A stretch of 51,002 nt of DNA from Eubacteriales bacterium. Lineage in GTDB: Bacteria > Bacillota > Clostridia > Oscillospirales > SIG627. Position numbers and translations under genes: made by a program. Positions within the stretch are counted from its first letter, which is position 1, and each line of letters opens with the position of its first letter. This document shows positions 28,252 through 37,717 of this stretch, one piece after another. The notes under the pieces are model-generated. The model saw nothing but the letters and a program-made list of their open reading frames with translations, was not told the origin of the DNA and ran no database searches. The stretch covers positions 1-51,002 of the forward strand of contig JAZNRH010000087.1 in NCBI GenBank assembly GCA_045590615.1, given 5' to 3'.

Positions 28252-29678
28252 ATCTTTTCCTCGTTTTTTCTATTTAATCTTACTCCGTCTGACGTGTGGC
28301 AAACGTGAGCGCTGTATTTTCCGTTCAGTTGAGGGAAGGCGTCCAGATATTCCTTTTCAACCTTTTCGAGAATCGATTCTCTTTTTTCGGGGTCGCATAT
28401 ACCTATTACGCAGCCCTTAAAGCCTGCTCCCGAAAAACGTCCTCCGTATACACCGTCGGTTTCTTTTAGTGTTTCCCATAGCTTTATAAGCTCGGGCGAG
28501 CCCGTTTCCCAATTGTGAATGGAAGAATATCCACTTTCAAAGGAGAGTCTGCCGAATTCTTCGATATCTCCTCTTCTGTAAGCTTCTGCACCTGCTTCGA
28601 CTCTCTTGAATTCTCCGTACCAATGCTCTGCTCTTTTCGCCCAGCTTTCAGGCAGTCGATCCTTGTATTTCAAGTATACTTCGTATGGAACGTCTCTGAG
28701 ATTTGTTTCTTCAAATTTTCCGTAGTCAAGCCCTGCAAAAGCCAACAGCGCGTAGGCAGCGCTTCTGCATTCGTCAACTCTCATATTGAATTTACTTGAA
28801 GCAAGCGAGCGTTCAACTCCACTGAAGAAAACGATTATGTCAAAGGGCTTCATATTCTCAGGAGTTTCAATCAGCTCGTAGGAATTGTCCTTCATATCCA
28901 TATAGAGAAGCTTGTCCTTTTGACAGTAAACCTCACAGCTTTGGTCGAGCTTGCCACACGAAACACCTACGTAGCTGTTTTCTGCAAGCTGAGACAGCTC
29001 GATTAACTCACGCGATTTCAGGCGTATTCCGTTCATCGAGGCAAGGGCTGTGAGAAAGGTTATTATAACTGCAGCCGACGAAGAAAGTCCACCTATCGGG
29101 AGCTCTCCGTCAACAATTGCGCAAAGACCTACTCTCAACGGGTACCTTGAAGAAAGCGCTAAGGTTGCGCCCCTGAGGTGGTCTGCCCAGTCGTTTTGTT
29201 TTTCTCTTGGAATTTCTGAAACGTGCCATTGCGCACGCTTTGGAAATTGCAGAGACGTAATTTCTATAATTCCGTTTTGTTTTGGACCGTATGCTATATA
29301 AATACCTTTATCAATTGCAAAGCCAGTAATTTTTCCGAGCTGATGGTCGGAATGTGCACCTATCGGACAGATTCTGTAGGGGGTAAAGGCAATTTTTTCG
29401 GGCTTTCTGAGATACATTTCCTCAAACGCCTTTGAAACACTCAGCCTTGCATTGATCTCTGTATATTTTGTGGTCGTTATTTTTGATACAGCCTCTTCTT
29501 TTTTTTCACTGAATTCCTTTGTTCTTCTGTCAAGAGGCTTGTCTGCGTTCTCGGGAATAAGCCATAGCTTTCCTTCCTTGATTGCACCTGCAATCTGCTT
29601 GCTTCGGCAAAGCGAGGTAATTCTTCTCTCGCTCATTTGCCATTTGCCTGCAGTCTCGTGAACGTCAATGTATTTCAT
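28248..29678 (-). CDS. GHMP sugar kinase (galacturonokinase-like) with N-terminal HTH domain
   Basis: PYRICPIGAHSDHQ, PIGGLSSSAA, CGKLDQ, GGRFSGAGFKG. The N-terminal ~55 aa (ETAGKWQMSERRITSLC...GAIKEGKLWLIP) resembles an excisionase/MerR-like HTH. Confidence 0.85.
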   Translation of the reverse strand: MKYIDVHETAGKWQMSERRITSLCRSKQIAGAIKEGKLWLIPENADKPLDRRTKEFSEKKEEAVSKITTTKYTEINARLSVSKAFEEMYLRKPEKIAFTPYRICPIGAHSDHQLGKITGFAIDKGIYIAYGPKQNGIIEITSLQFPKRAQWHVSEIPREKQNDWADHLRGATLALSSRYPLRVGLCAIVDGELPIGGLSSSAAVIITFLTALASMNGIRLKSRELIELSQLAENSYVGVSCGKLDQSCEVYCQKDKLLYMDMKDNSYELIETPENMKPFDIIVFFSGVERSLASSKFNMRVDECRSAAYALLAFAGLDYGKFEETNLRDVPYEVYLKYKDRLPESWAKRAEHWYGEFKRVEAGAEAYRRGDIEEFGRLSFESGYSSIHNWETGSPELIKLWETLKETDGVYGGRFSGAGFKGCVIGICDPEKRESILEKVEKEYLDAFPQLNGKYSAHVCHTSDGVRLNRKNEEKI

Positions 29679-29714
29679 AATGCCACTCTCCTTTGATTAT
29701 TTAAGCGTAGCATT

Positions 29715-29775
29715 ATTCTAACATTCAAGTTGGCGTTTGTCAAGTCGTATTTTGACAAATGCTTTATTTGTCAAG
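29715..29775 (-). promoter_or_regulatory. Sigma-A promoter of the kinase operon with overlapping repeated TTTGTCAA motifs
   Basis: TTGACA(29743-29738)-17 bp-TAGAAT(29720-29715) with extended TG. Three TTTGTCAA/TTGACAAA copies in alternating orientation. Confidence 0.7.
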
Positions 29776-29782
29776 GTATTTT

Positions 29783-30760
29783 TTACCATTTCATTGCGAT
29801 TGTGTTTTCGGTGAAGGTTCCCATGTTTTCGAGAACTAATATAGCCGAGGCTTTTTCTTTTTCGGCGATTAAGGATAGCCTTTCGGGACAAAACCGAGGG
29901 TCGATCATAATGACGTCGTAATGCTCTGCCAAAAAGGGCGCTAATGCCGAGGCAAAGCTGTCCCTTATAACGAGCAGGGTTTCTCGAGCTCTTCCGTTTC
30001 TTATTGTAATATACGGTGTGTTTCCCTTGAAGTAGACGGTGTATGGGTCCCACGAGTTGAGCGACTCGGAGTTATACATTCCCTCGAGAGTAACGTTATT
30101 TTCGTCACTGTCGTAGGGATATGAGACAATCGTGGTTGTGAAGGAAGGGTAGCTTTCCGAGTAGTAAAGCTCGATGGTATCGTAAATATTCAGCGTTTTG
30201 TCACTTTTATTGTAGTCGCTTCCACGATAGCTGTCGCACGCTTTTACAATTGTAAATTCGATTTCGGGAACGGGTTCTTTTCCCATTTTTGATATTATTT
30301 CGCAATAAGCAAGATACGCTCCCCGAGAGGTCCAATGATGGTCGGTTGCAAAATACAGTCCTTTTTTGTCAAGAACGGAAAGCAGGTCGATGAATTGTAT
30401 ATCGTTTTTGCTACATTCTTTTTCAATAAGCTCAAAGAGCCTTTTGTGAGGGGCTGTATCAATTTCCTCGGGAATGGAATAAACGTCCATCTTTCTCGGT
30501 GGTATTGCGAGGTAGACGGGCAGATTTGTGCTCTTTGCAAGAGAGAGGACAGGCTCGATGTTTTCTTGCACCTTCTTTTTTCCATGGTATGCATAGAGCG
30601 AAATGATATTCTCATTTTCGTCGATATATAAATTTCCGAGCTTGTCTATTACCTTTTCGCTTTTTGAAACCAGCCTTGCATCGCTGTTTAGCCCAAAGGT
30701 TATAAAGCCGATTATAATAAGGCAGGCAAGAAAATAAATAACGGGGTAAAGCTTTTTCAT
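29783..30760 (-). CDS. DHHW family protein
   Basis: N-terminal transmembrane helix; YFATDHHWT, RDSFA and IDPR motifs. Confidence 0.82.
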   Translation of the reverse strand: MKKLYPVIYFLACLIIIGFITFGLNSDARLVSKSEKVIDKLGNLYIDENENIISLYAYHGKKKVQENIEPVLSLAKSTNLPVYLAIPPRKMDVYSIPEEIDTAPHKRLFELIEKECSKNDIQFIDLLSVLDKKGLYFATDHHWTSRGAYLAYCEIISKMGKEPVPEIEFTIVKACDSYRGSDYNKSDKTLNIYDTIELYYSESYPSFTTTIVSYPYDSDENNVTLEGMYNSESLNSWDPYTVYFKGNTPYITIRNGRARETLLVIRDSFASALAPFLAEHYDVIMIDPRFCPERLSLIAEKEKASAILVLENMGTFTENTIAMKW

Positions 30761-31569
30761 TACTTTTTCCTCAAAACTAAAATATAGAATTCTGCTCTGA
30801 TTTTCATGCCGTTAAGTGCACGAATTTTTTCGAGTGCGCCAATCGGTGTTCTCCAGAAATAAGGAGTCATTGAAAAAAGCCTCTCAACGTCAAGGCCGGT
30901 TTCAAGCTCCATATCAAACGAGCATTCTATCCTTTCAACCTCGTCAAAGCCGTCGTACTTCGGATAGGTGATTTCGTTTTCGTAGGGGTTTTCGTAAAGA
31001 AGCTCCTTTAATTCAAAAAGATGCTTTGGAGCAGGAACTGCATAGAGTATTACGCCACCCGATTTCAAAACCCTTTTATATTCCTTGTCTGCCATAGGGG
31101 AGAATACGTTGGTTATAAGGTCTGTACTGTTGTCGGGAAGTGGCAAATCATATACGCTTGCAACGGCAAAGGTTGTTCTCTTTTCTCTTTTTGCAGATGC
31201 ATCGACGGCAAATTTTGAAATATCGACACCAAGGCATACGGGCTCGTTTAGAGCATCTATTACAGCCGAGGTGTAATAGCCCGTGCCACAGCCTGCATCA
31301 AGATATACGATGCTACCCGAAAAAAGCTCGCCTGCTTTTTTTGCAAGGGCGACTCTGAGAGGCTCGTAATAGCCTTTTTCGAGAAATTCCCTTCTTGCCA
31401 TAACCATTTCTTTGCTGTCGCCGGGGAGCTTGGAGTTCATTTTTGAAGGCAAAAGCAGATTGATATATCCGGAGCGCGCTTTGTCAAAGCTGTGTCGGTT
31501 CATACACACGTATGAGCTCTCGTTTGAGTGCAAGGCTTCTTTACAAATGGGACAGATGAAGCTCGTCAT
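30760..31569 (-). CDS. rlmA: 23S rRNA m1G methyltransferase (RlmA family)
   Basis: Zinc finger CPIC...C...H, GDSKEMV..RR.FL..GYY, LDAGCGTGYY, MTPY. Confidence 0.85.
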   Translation of the reverse strand: MTSFICPICKEALHSNESSYVCMNRHSFDKARSGYINLLLPSKMNSKLPGDSKEMVMARREFLEKGYYEPLRVALAKKAGELFSGSIVYLDAGCGTGYYTSAVIDALNEPVCLGVDISKFAVDASAKREKRTTFAVASVYDLPLPDNSTDLITNVFSPMADKEYKRVLKSGGVILYAVPAPKHLFELKELLYENPYENEITYPKYDGFDEVERIECSFDMELETGLDVERLFSMTPYFWRTPIGALEKIRALNGMKIRAEFYILVLRKK

Positions 31570-32054
31570 TTTATCAGCCTTTCTATTTTTGATACGGTTT
31601 TGAACATGGTATCTTCGCTTTCGACTGTCAGGTCTGCATATTTTTCGTACAAAGGTATGCGTTCAAGATACAGGTCTTTAAGAGACATTCCTTTTTTTAT
31701 GGCAATGCCTCGGTGCTTGTAGTCACCAAGCCTTCTTTCGAGCTCTTCGTATGGAATTTTAATATAAACAATCTTTCCGAGGCTTTTGAAATGCTCCATT
31801 GCCTCTTTTCCGTATACGGCACTTCCTCCCGTTGCAATGACAACCTTGCCACCATTTATTGTTTGATTTATTTCATTTTCCAATTTAATAAAACCTTCAG
31901 CACCCATATCGGCAATTATTTCGTGAAGAAGTCTGCCTTCCTTTTCCTGAATAACGAGGTCGGCGTCAACGTATTTGTAGCCGAGAGCTTTCGCGAGAAG
32001 AACTCCGAGAGTACTCTTTCCCGACGAGGGCAGCCCGATTAAAGTAATAGCCAT
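31566..32054 (-). CDS. aroK: Shikimate kinase
   Basis: GLPSSGKST, DAD, IATGGS, ERIPLYEKYAD. Confidence 0.88.
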   Translation of the reverse strand: MAITLIGLPSSGKSTLGVLLAKALGYKYVDADLVIQEKEGRLLHEIIADMGAEGFIKLENEINQTINGGKVVIATGGSAVYGKEAMEHFKSLGKIVYIKIPYEELERRLGDYKHRGIAIKKGMSLKDLYLERIPLYEKYADLTVESEDTMFKTVSKIERLIK

Positions 32055-32182
32055 TCTTTTTACTCCTGATAATGATATAATAGTATATCAATAAATCCGT
32101 TTTTTTTCAAGTAAATACTTGAAAAAATATTTTTGATATGATAAAATTATTATATAATTTTATCATAAAGGGAGATTTTGCT

Positions 32183-32974
32183 ATGAAGATTTACGTTATG
32201 TGTGATTTGGAGGGAATTTGTGGAATAAACTCACCGGATCAGTTGGGCATTGATAAGCCTAAATATGCCGAAGGCAGAGCCTTGCTTACCAGAGAAATGA
32301 ATAACGTTGCCCGTTATCTCAAGGAGGCCGGAGTTGACGAGGTAATTATGCACGACGCACATGGCTCGGGTGCAAACGTAATCTGGAAGGAGCTTTCATC
32401 GGATATAGATGCTTGTGTTACAGGTGCTGTTCCCACTCGTTTTTTTGAGGAGTACGTAAAGGATTGTGATGGTGTTATTCTTCTTGGATATCACGCAATG
32501 GCAGGTACTGCAGGAGCACTTCTTGAGCATACTATGACCTCTGCAGGAATTCAGAACGTTTGGCTCAACGACGAGAAGGTCGGAGAGGTGGCAATAGATG
32601 CCGGTATTCTCGGAGATATGGGTATCCCGGTAATTATGGTTTCGGGAGACGATAAGGTTTGTCTTGAGGCAGGGAAAATTCTTCCATGGGCAGAGCTTGC
32701 TTGTGTAAAGCACAGCGCAAGCACCTTCTGTACAGCGCTTCTTACGCCCGAAAGGTCGGCTGCAGTTTTGAAAAAGGCTATTCATAATGCAATTTCAAGA
32801 ATTTCCGAGATGAAGCCGTATAAGCTTTCAAAGCCCGTTAAGTGTAAGATTGAAGTGGTTGAAAGAAGTCCTATTCCAAGAAGCAGTAACAGAGCTTCTA
32901 TTGAGTACGAGGACGGACGCACCTGTGTTGTTGTGGCAGATACAGTATTTGATGCATTTTACGGTGCAAGGTAG
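32183..32974 (+). CDS. D-aminopeptidase, peptidase family M55 (DppA-like)
   Basis: DLEG, DAHG, GYHA, LEHT, GE and SGDD motifs. Confidence 0.9.
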   Translation: MKIYVMCDLEGICGINSPDQLGIDKPKYAEGRALLTREMNNVARYLKEAGVDEVIMHDAHGSGANVIWKELSSDIDACVTGAVPTRFFEEYVKDCDGVILLGYHAMAGTAGALLEHTMTSAGIQNVWLNDEKVGEVAIDAGILGDMGIPVIMVSGDDKVCLEAGKILPWAELACVKHSASTFCTALLTPERSAAVLKKAIHNAISRISEMKPYKLSKPVKCKIEVVERSPIPRSSNRASIEYEDGRTCVVVADTVFDAFYGAR

Positions 32975-33008
32975 GTATAATAACTGAACAAATACATATA
33001 CTACTCAT

Positions 33009-33869
33009 ATGAGAGTAGTTGAGATTTGTAAAGCAGTGCTCGGAGGCGTGATTTTTGCGCTTTCGGTAGCCTGGATTGCAGCCCCTGTGGGATTGGTTAC
33101 GGGTGGAGTGTCGGGCGTTGGAATAGTTCTGAAGGAGCTCTTTGAAATACCGATATTCCTTACGGGACTTATATTGAATATTCCTTTGTTCGTGGTTTGT
33201 ATAGTACAACGTGGTTGGCAGTTTATCGTTAAGTCTTTGATTGCTTTTGTGAGCCTGACGTTAGCACTTTCGGCATTCGAAGGAGCTAATTCACCACTTG
33301 ATTTTGAAAACGACCTTCTTATGTCAACTGTGCTTTACGGGATTGTTTCGGGTGTTGGACTGGGACTCGTTTTGCAGTCGGGGGCAACCTCGGGTGGTAC
33401 GGATATGCTTGCCGCTATAATCAAGTACAAGAAGCCCGACGTGGCTATCTCAGAGCTTCTTTTGACAATCGACGTTGCCGTTATTGCGTTTGGAGCGTTC
33501 GTGTTTGGATTGAGATACAGTCTTTATGCAATAATCGCGGTTTTTATATCCGTAAGGGTAATTGATATTATGCTCTCGGGTTTTGGTATTAAAAAATCTG
33601 TGTTCATTATTTCCGATAAGGGCAATGAAATATCCTCTCTTATATCCTCCAGACTTAAAAGAGGGGTGACGGGTATAAGCTCTGTTGGAATGTATACCAA
33701 TGAAAAAAGACGAATGCTTCTCACTGTTGTTTCTTCGAGGGAATTGAACGAGGTCAGACTAATAGTTGGTGAATGCGACGAGAACGCGTTTGTTACTATA
33801 TGGGATACCAAGCAGGTTTTGGGCAAAGGATTTAACGATATTAATATCTCCAAAGGCTCTCTTTCTTAG
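33009..33869 (+). CDS. YitT family membrane protein
   Basis: TGGVSG, LNIPLF, TSGGTD, RGVT, DENAF, GKGF. Confidence 0.9.
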   Translation: MRVVEICKAVLGGVIFALSVAWIAAPVGLVTGGVSGVGIVLKELFEIPIFLTGLILNIPLFVVCIVQRGWQFIVKSLIAFVSLTLALSAFEGANSPLDFENDLLMSTVLYGIVSGVGLGLVLQSGATSGGTDMLAAIIKYKKPDVAISELLLTIDVAVIAFGAFVFGLRYSLYAIIAVFISVRVIDIMLSGFGIKKSVFIISDKGNEISSLISSRLKRGVTGISSVGMYTNEKRRMLLTVVSSRELNEVRLIVGECDENAFVTIWDTKQVLGKGFNDINISKGSLS

Positions 33870-33960
33870 TAAAAACAAACAAATATTAAAAGCAAAAACG
33901 GCTATATAATATTACTTTTTCACATTTTCAAAAAAAAATTAATTTTTTTGAAAAAAACTA

Positions 33961-33989
33961 TTGCAATTTCCAAAGACCTGTGCTATAAT
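33961..33989 (+). promoter_or_regulatory. Strong stable-RNA promoter
   Basis: AT-rich UP element, then TTGCAA-17 bp-TATAAT with extended TG. Confidence 0.85.
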
Positions 33990-34033
33990 AAACAAGCCTT
34001 GAGAGAGGCACTATGAATCACCGAAAGGTGAAT

Positions 34034-34151
<118 letters not shown>

Positions 34152-34158
34152 TTTATAT

Positions 34159-34229
34159 TCCTCCTTAGCTCAGTCGGTAGAGCGATTGAAAGCAAATAAA
34201 CCGGAAAATTAGCTGCTAAAGAGGAGTCA
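34159..34229 (+). pseudogene. tRNA-Asn-derived pseudogene / tRNA-like element
   Basis: The first 26 nt are identical to the 5' end of the downstream tRNA-Asn. A 3' AAGAGGA-GTCA can close the acceptor stem. No recognisable anticodon arm or T-loop. Confidence 0.6.
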
Positions 34230-34256
34230 AAAATAAATGCTGATTTTCCACAATAT

Positions 34257-34332
<76 letters not shown>

Positions 34333-34333
34333 C

Positions 34334-34372
34334 AAAAAGACTTGAAAACATTACGTTTTCAAGTCTTTTTTT
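34334..34372 (+). terminator. Terminator after tRNA-Asn
   Basis: AAAAAGACTTGAAAAC-ATTAC-GTTTTCAAGTCTTTTTTT. Confidence 0.85.
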
Positions 34373-34557
34373 GCGTTTATGGGGATTTTCCTTACGGTGT
34401 ATTTCCTTACATTCGGGTGGCTTCTTCCAAATGATTGTATACCGAAATGTGAACACGGTTGTTGCAGGATTAAATCACTTCAAAATTCAAATTTAACTCT
34501 CTGTTTTCGAAAAGCACCGTGTTTCATATACAAATTCAATACACAGGAGGAGCAATT

Positions 34558-35352
34558 ATGAGTGAAGCAAAAGTAATAGCAATCGCAAATCAAAAAGGCG
34601 GAGTTGCCAAAACAACTACAACTTTAAATTTAGGAGTCGGTCTTGTAAGACTCGGTAAAAAGGTTTTACTTGTCGATGCCGATCCTCAAGGAAGCCTTAC
34701 CATAAGTCTCGGAATCAAGAATCCGGATACGATAAAGAATACCCTTTCGAAGCTTATGCAAAACGCAATAGAGAAAAACTATTTCGTCCCGCACTTCTTT
34801 ACTTTCAAGCACGATGAAGGTGTAGATTTCATTCCCGCCAACATAGAACTTTCAGGTATCGAAATCAGCCTTGTAGGTCTGAAAGAACGTGAACTCGTAC
34901 TTAAGAAAAGCCTACAGGAATATCTGCCACTTTATGACTACATAATCATCGATTGCATGCCGTCACTTGGACTTATGACAATCAATGCACTTGCGGCCGC
35001 CGATAGTGTAATCATTCCGACACAGGCAAATTACCTGTCTGCCAAAGGTCTTGATTTATTGATGTACTCCATAGCAAAAACAAAGCAGGACATTAATCCT
35101 GAGCTTAGGATAGACGGAATACTTCTCACAATGGTGGATAAGCGAACAAGGAATGCACGGATGATAGACAATTTACTGCATGAGACATTCAGCAGCGGAT
35201 TACACTTATTCTTTTCTGAAATTCCGGCTTCAGTCACTGTCCAGGAGTGCAGTAATGAAGGAAAAAGCATTTTTACACGTGGACAACACAACAAGGTTGC
35301 TATAGCATACGATAGATTCTCAAGGGAGGTTGAAGGAATTGAAAGGAAATAG
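34558..35352 (+). CDS. parA: ParA/Soj family ATPase
   Basis: NQKGGVAKTTT, DADPQG, IIDCMPSLG. AGGAGG RBS. Confidence 0.92.
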   Translation: MSEAKVIAIANQKGGVAKTTTTLNLGVGLVRLGKKVLLVDADPQGSLTISLGIKNPDTIKNTLSKLMQNAIEKNYFVPHFFTFKHDEGVDFIPANIELSGIEISLVGLKERELVLKKSLQEYLPLYDYIIIDCMPSLGLMTINALAAADSVIIPTQANYLSAKGLDLLMYSIAKTKQDINPELRIDGILLTMVDKRTRNARMIDNLLHETFSSGLHLFFSEIPASVTVQECSNEGKSIFTRGQHNKVAIAYDRFSREVEGIERK

Positions 35353-36265
35353 AATTGATTTAGGGCTTACGGGATACAACGAACTGTTTTCAAGTGAGTC
35401 AAGCCGTAACGAATCAAAACGCCCCAAGATAATGGACATACCTCTATCGGAAATCGACGATGCTCCAAATCATCCGTTTAAGGTTCGTATTGATGAGGAT
35501 ATGTACAAGCTTGTCGAGAGCATCAAGGAGAACGGCGTTATAGAACCTGCCATACTTCGAAAGAAAGCAGACGGCAGATATGAAATTGTGGCAGGACACA
35601 GACGAAGAAAAGCCTGTGAGCTTGCCGAGATTGAAACTCTCAAATCCGTAATTCTTGATATTGGCTATGATGAAGCTGTTGTTATGATGGTAGAATCAAA
35701 CTTTCAGCGTACAAAGTTACTTCCAAGCGAGCTAGCCTTTTCATACAAGATGAGAATGGATGCTCTAAAACGGCAAGGTAAACGCACCGATATAACTTCG
35801 TCTCCAATGGAGACAAAGTTGAGAAGTGATGAAAAACTTGCTGAGATGAGTGGCAATAGCCGAGCACAAATTCAGCGATATATTCGCCTCACTAACCTTA
35901 TACCTGCTCTGCTTGATATGGTAGACGAAGAAAAAATAGGTTTTCGTCCTGCAGTTGAACTGTCGTATCTCTCGGGAGCAGAACAAGAGCTTCTTCTCGA
36001 TACTATAAAATGTGAGGAAGCAACCCCTTCTCTTGCACAAGCACTTAAAATGAAGCAGTTTTCAAAAGACGGCAAACTTGATGCAGATAAGATCCTTGAA
36101 ATTATGTGCGAAAGAAAACCAAATCAGGCAGAAAAGATTACATTCAAAGCCGAGTCTTTAAGAAAATATATCCCCCGTAGTATCATCTCCCCTAAAGAAA
36201 CCGAGGAATACATTCTTAAGGCATTGGCACATTACAGAGACTTTTTGAAAGAAGGAAACCAATGA
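35330..36265 (+). CDS. parB: ParB/RepB/Spo0J family partition protein
   Basis: HPFKV, YEIVAGHRR, RQGKRTD, IQRYIRLT. TTG start with GGGAGG RBS. Confidence 0.9.
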   Translation: MKELKGNRIDLGLTGYNELFSSESSRNESKRPKIMDIPLSEIDDAPNHPFKVRIDEDMYKLVESIKENGVIEPAILRKKADGRYEIVAGHRRRKACELAEIETLKSVILDIGYDEAVVMMVESNFQRTKLLPSELAFSYKMRMDALKRQGKRTDITSSPMETKLRSDEKLAEMSGNSRAQIQRYIRLTNLIPALLDMVDEEKIGFRPAVELSYLSGAEQELLLDTIKCEEATPSLAQALKMKQFSKDGKLDADKILEIMCERKPNQAEKITFKAESLRKYIPRSIISPKETEEYILKALAHYRDFLKEGNQ

Positions 36266-36654
36266 GGAAACTATACGCATACAAAAAAGAAAACACTTGT
36301 CCAGTTCAGAAATTCATTGACAACTTGAATGGCAAGATAAAAGCAAAGTTTATGTTTCAGCTAAGCTACATAATGGATGAAAGAAACGGCTTTGTCGAGC
36401 CTTATATCAAGCACTTTTCAATGGAAAGATACAGACAGATGTATGAAATAAGAGTAAAGGCAGCGGAAAGAATGATGAGAATCATCTTTTACGAAAAGAA
36501 CGGTGAAATAATCCTTCTTCATGCCTTTTATAAACACGACCGCAAGGACACCGAAAAAGCACTCGAAACGGCACACAAAATTTTAGAAAACATTACCGAC
36601 AAAAACGGCAATGTAAAAGAAGAATACAGAAAGGAGTTGGTACTGTGTGATTAA
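36262..36654 (+). CDS. RelE/ParE superfamily (Gp49-like) toxin-fold protein
   Basis: PVQKFID, EPYIKH, YEIRV, RIIFY and ILLHAFYK pattern. Confidence 0.75.
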   Translation: MRKLYAYKKENTCPVQKFIDNLNGKIKAKFMFQLSYIMDERNGFVEPYIKHFSMERYRQMYEIRVKAAERMMRIIFYEKNGEIILLHAFYKHDRKDTEKALETAHKILENITDKNGNVKEEYRKELVLCD

Positions 36655-37657
36655 CGTAGTAATATGGCTCGGCAAAATAAAGTACAGTGCAGATCTTGCT
36701 ATAGTTTTCGCAAGAAACAACATCCGCATTGTTGATGAGAACTTCGAAAACACCGATGATTTTATCGACAGATTTGATTCTCTTGATGCAAATGTTGATG
36801 TACTTGTAATTGCTGATGCTTTGCTTTTAGGTACGGACAGAAAGAAACTGTTTCAGCGCATTCGACAGATTGAGCCTAATATCAGAATCGTCATTGTTTT
36901 TCCGGGTTATCGCAACCAGTATATCGAAGACCAGATATCCGAATATAAAAATGTTTACGGTATAACCGACATTATTTATGAAGGTTCAAGACTTGATGAG
37001 GAATACTTCGCCGACGTTATCAAGAAAGGCTACATATACGATTACGAGGTTAATGTATACGATGAACCCGGTGAGGTTACAAAGCCTATACTCCCCGAAA
37101 AGAAATGTATTTCGATTGGTATTCTCGGCTTTACTCACGGATGCGGTGTTACAAACGAGGTCATAAATACCGCAGGATATATTTCCATTACCCAGAATGG
37201 AAACGTCAAGGCAATTGACTTTTCGGGAACAGGAAATCTCAGATTTGCAAAGACAAAAGGCGTTACATATATCGTTCATTCTGACATCGACATTGCAAGG
37301 ATAAGAAAGACAAGTAAGGCTGTGGTATACGATTTTGGAACACCATTCAACATATCCTCTAAGGGAAAGCTTCTGTCATATAACGAGTGCTATGACGAAG
37401 AGAAGATGAAGCTTTTCAGAGAGTGTGACCTCAAGGTGTGCAAGTGCTTTTCGGACAGTTGGCACATAGGAAAAATGAAATATTTCTTGAACGATAAGTT
37501 CTGGAGCCGGGAGATAGACGATAGTTACATAATATTACTCGATAAAGTCCCGAGAGACTCGCAAAACTTGAGTTCGAGGATAAATATATGCGGCAGAAAT
37601 GATACGGTTCTTACTGACCGGCTTGCGGTTCTTTTCTCCGTAAAGGATGGTGAATAG
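36647..37657 (+). CDS. Hypothetical protein: receiver-like domain plus degenerate P-loop domain
   Basis: N-terminal DVLVIAD...PNIRIVIV resembles a receiver fold. SIGILGFTHGCGVT resembles a MinD/CpaE-type P-loop lacking the Walker A lysine. Confidence 0.6.
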   Translation: MINVVIWLGKIKYSADLAIVFARNNIRIVDENFENTDDFIDRFDSLDANVDVLVIADALLLGTDRKKLFQRIRQIEPNIRIVIVFPGYRNQYIEDQISEYKNVYGITDIIYEGSRLDEEYFADVIKKGYIYDYEVNVYDEPGEVTKPILPEKKCISIGILGFTHGCGVTNEVINTAGYISITQNGNVKAIDFSGTGNLRFAKTKGVTYIVHSDIDIARIRKTSKAVVYDFGTPFNISSKGKLLSYNECYDEEKMKLFRECDLKVCKCFSDSWHIGKMKYFLNDKFWSREIDDSYIILLDKVPRDSQNLSSRINICGRNDTVLTDRLAVLFSVKDGE

Positions 37658-37717
37658 AAATGTTTCGTTAAATTACACTTATCACAAAAGCAAAATTTTG
37701 AAAAGGAGCTGAAAGAA

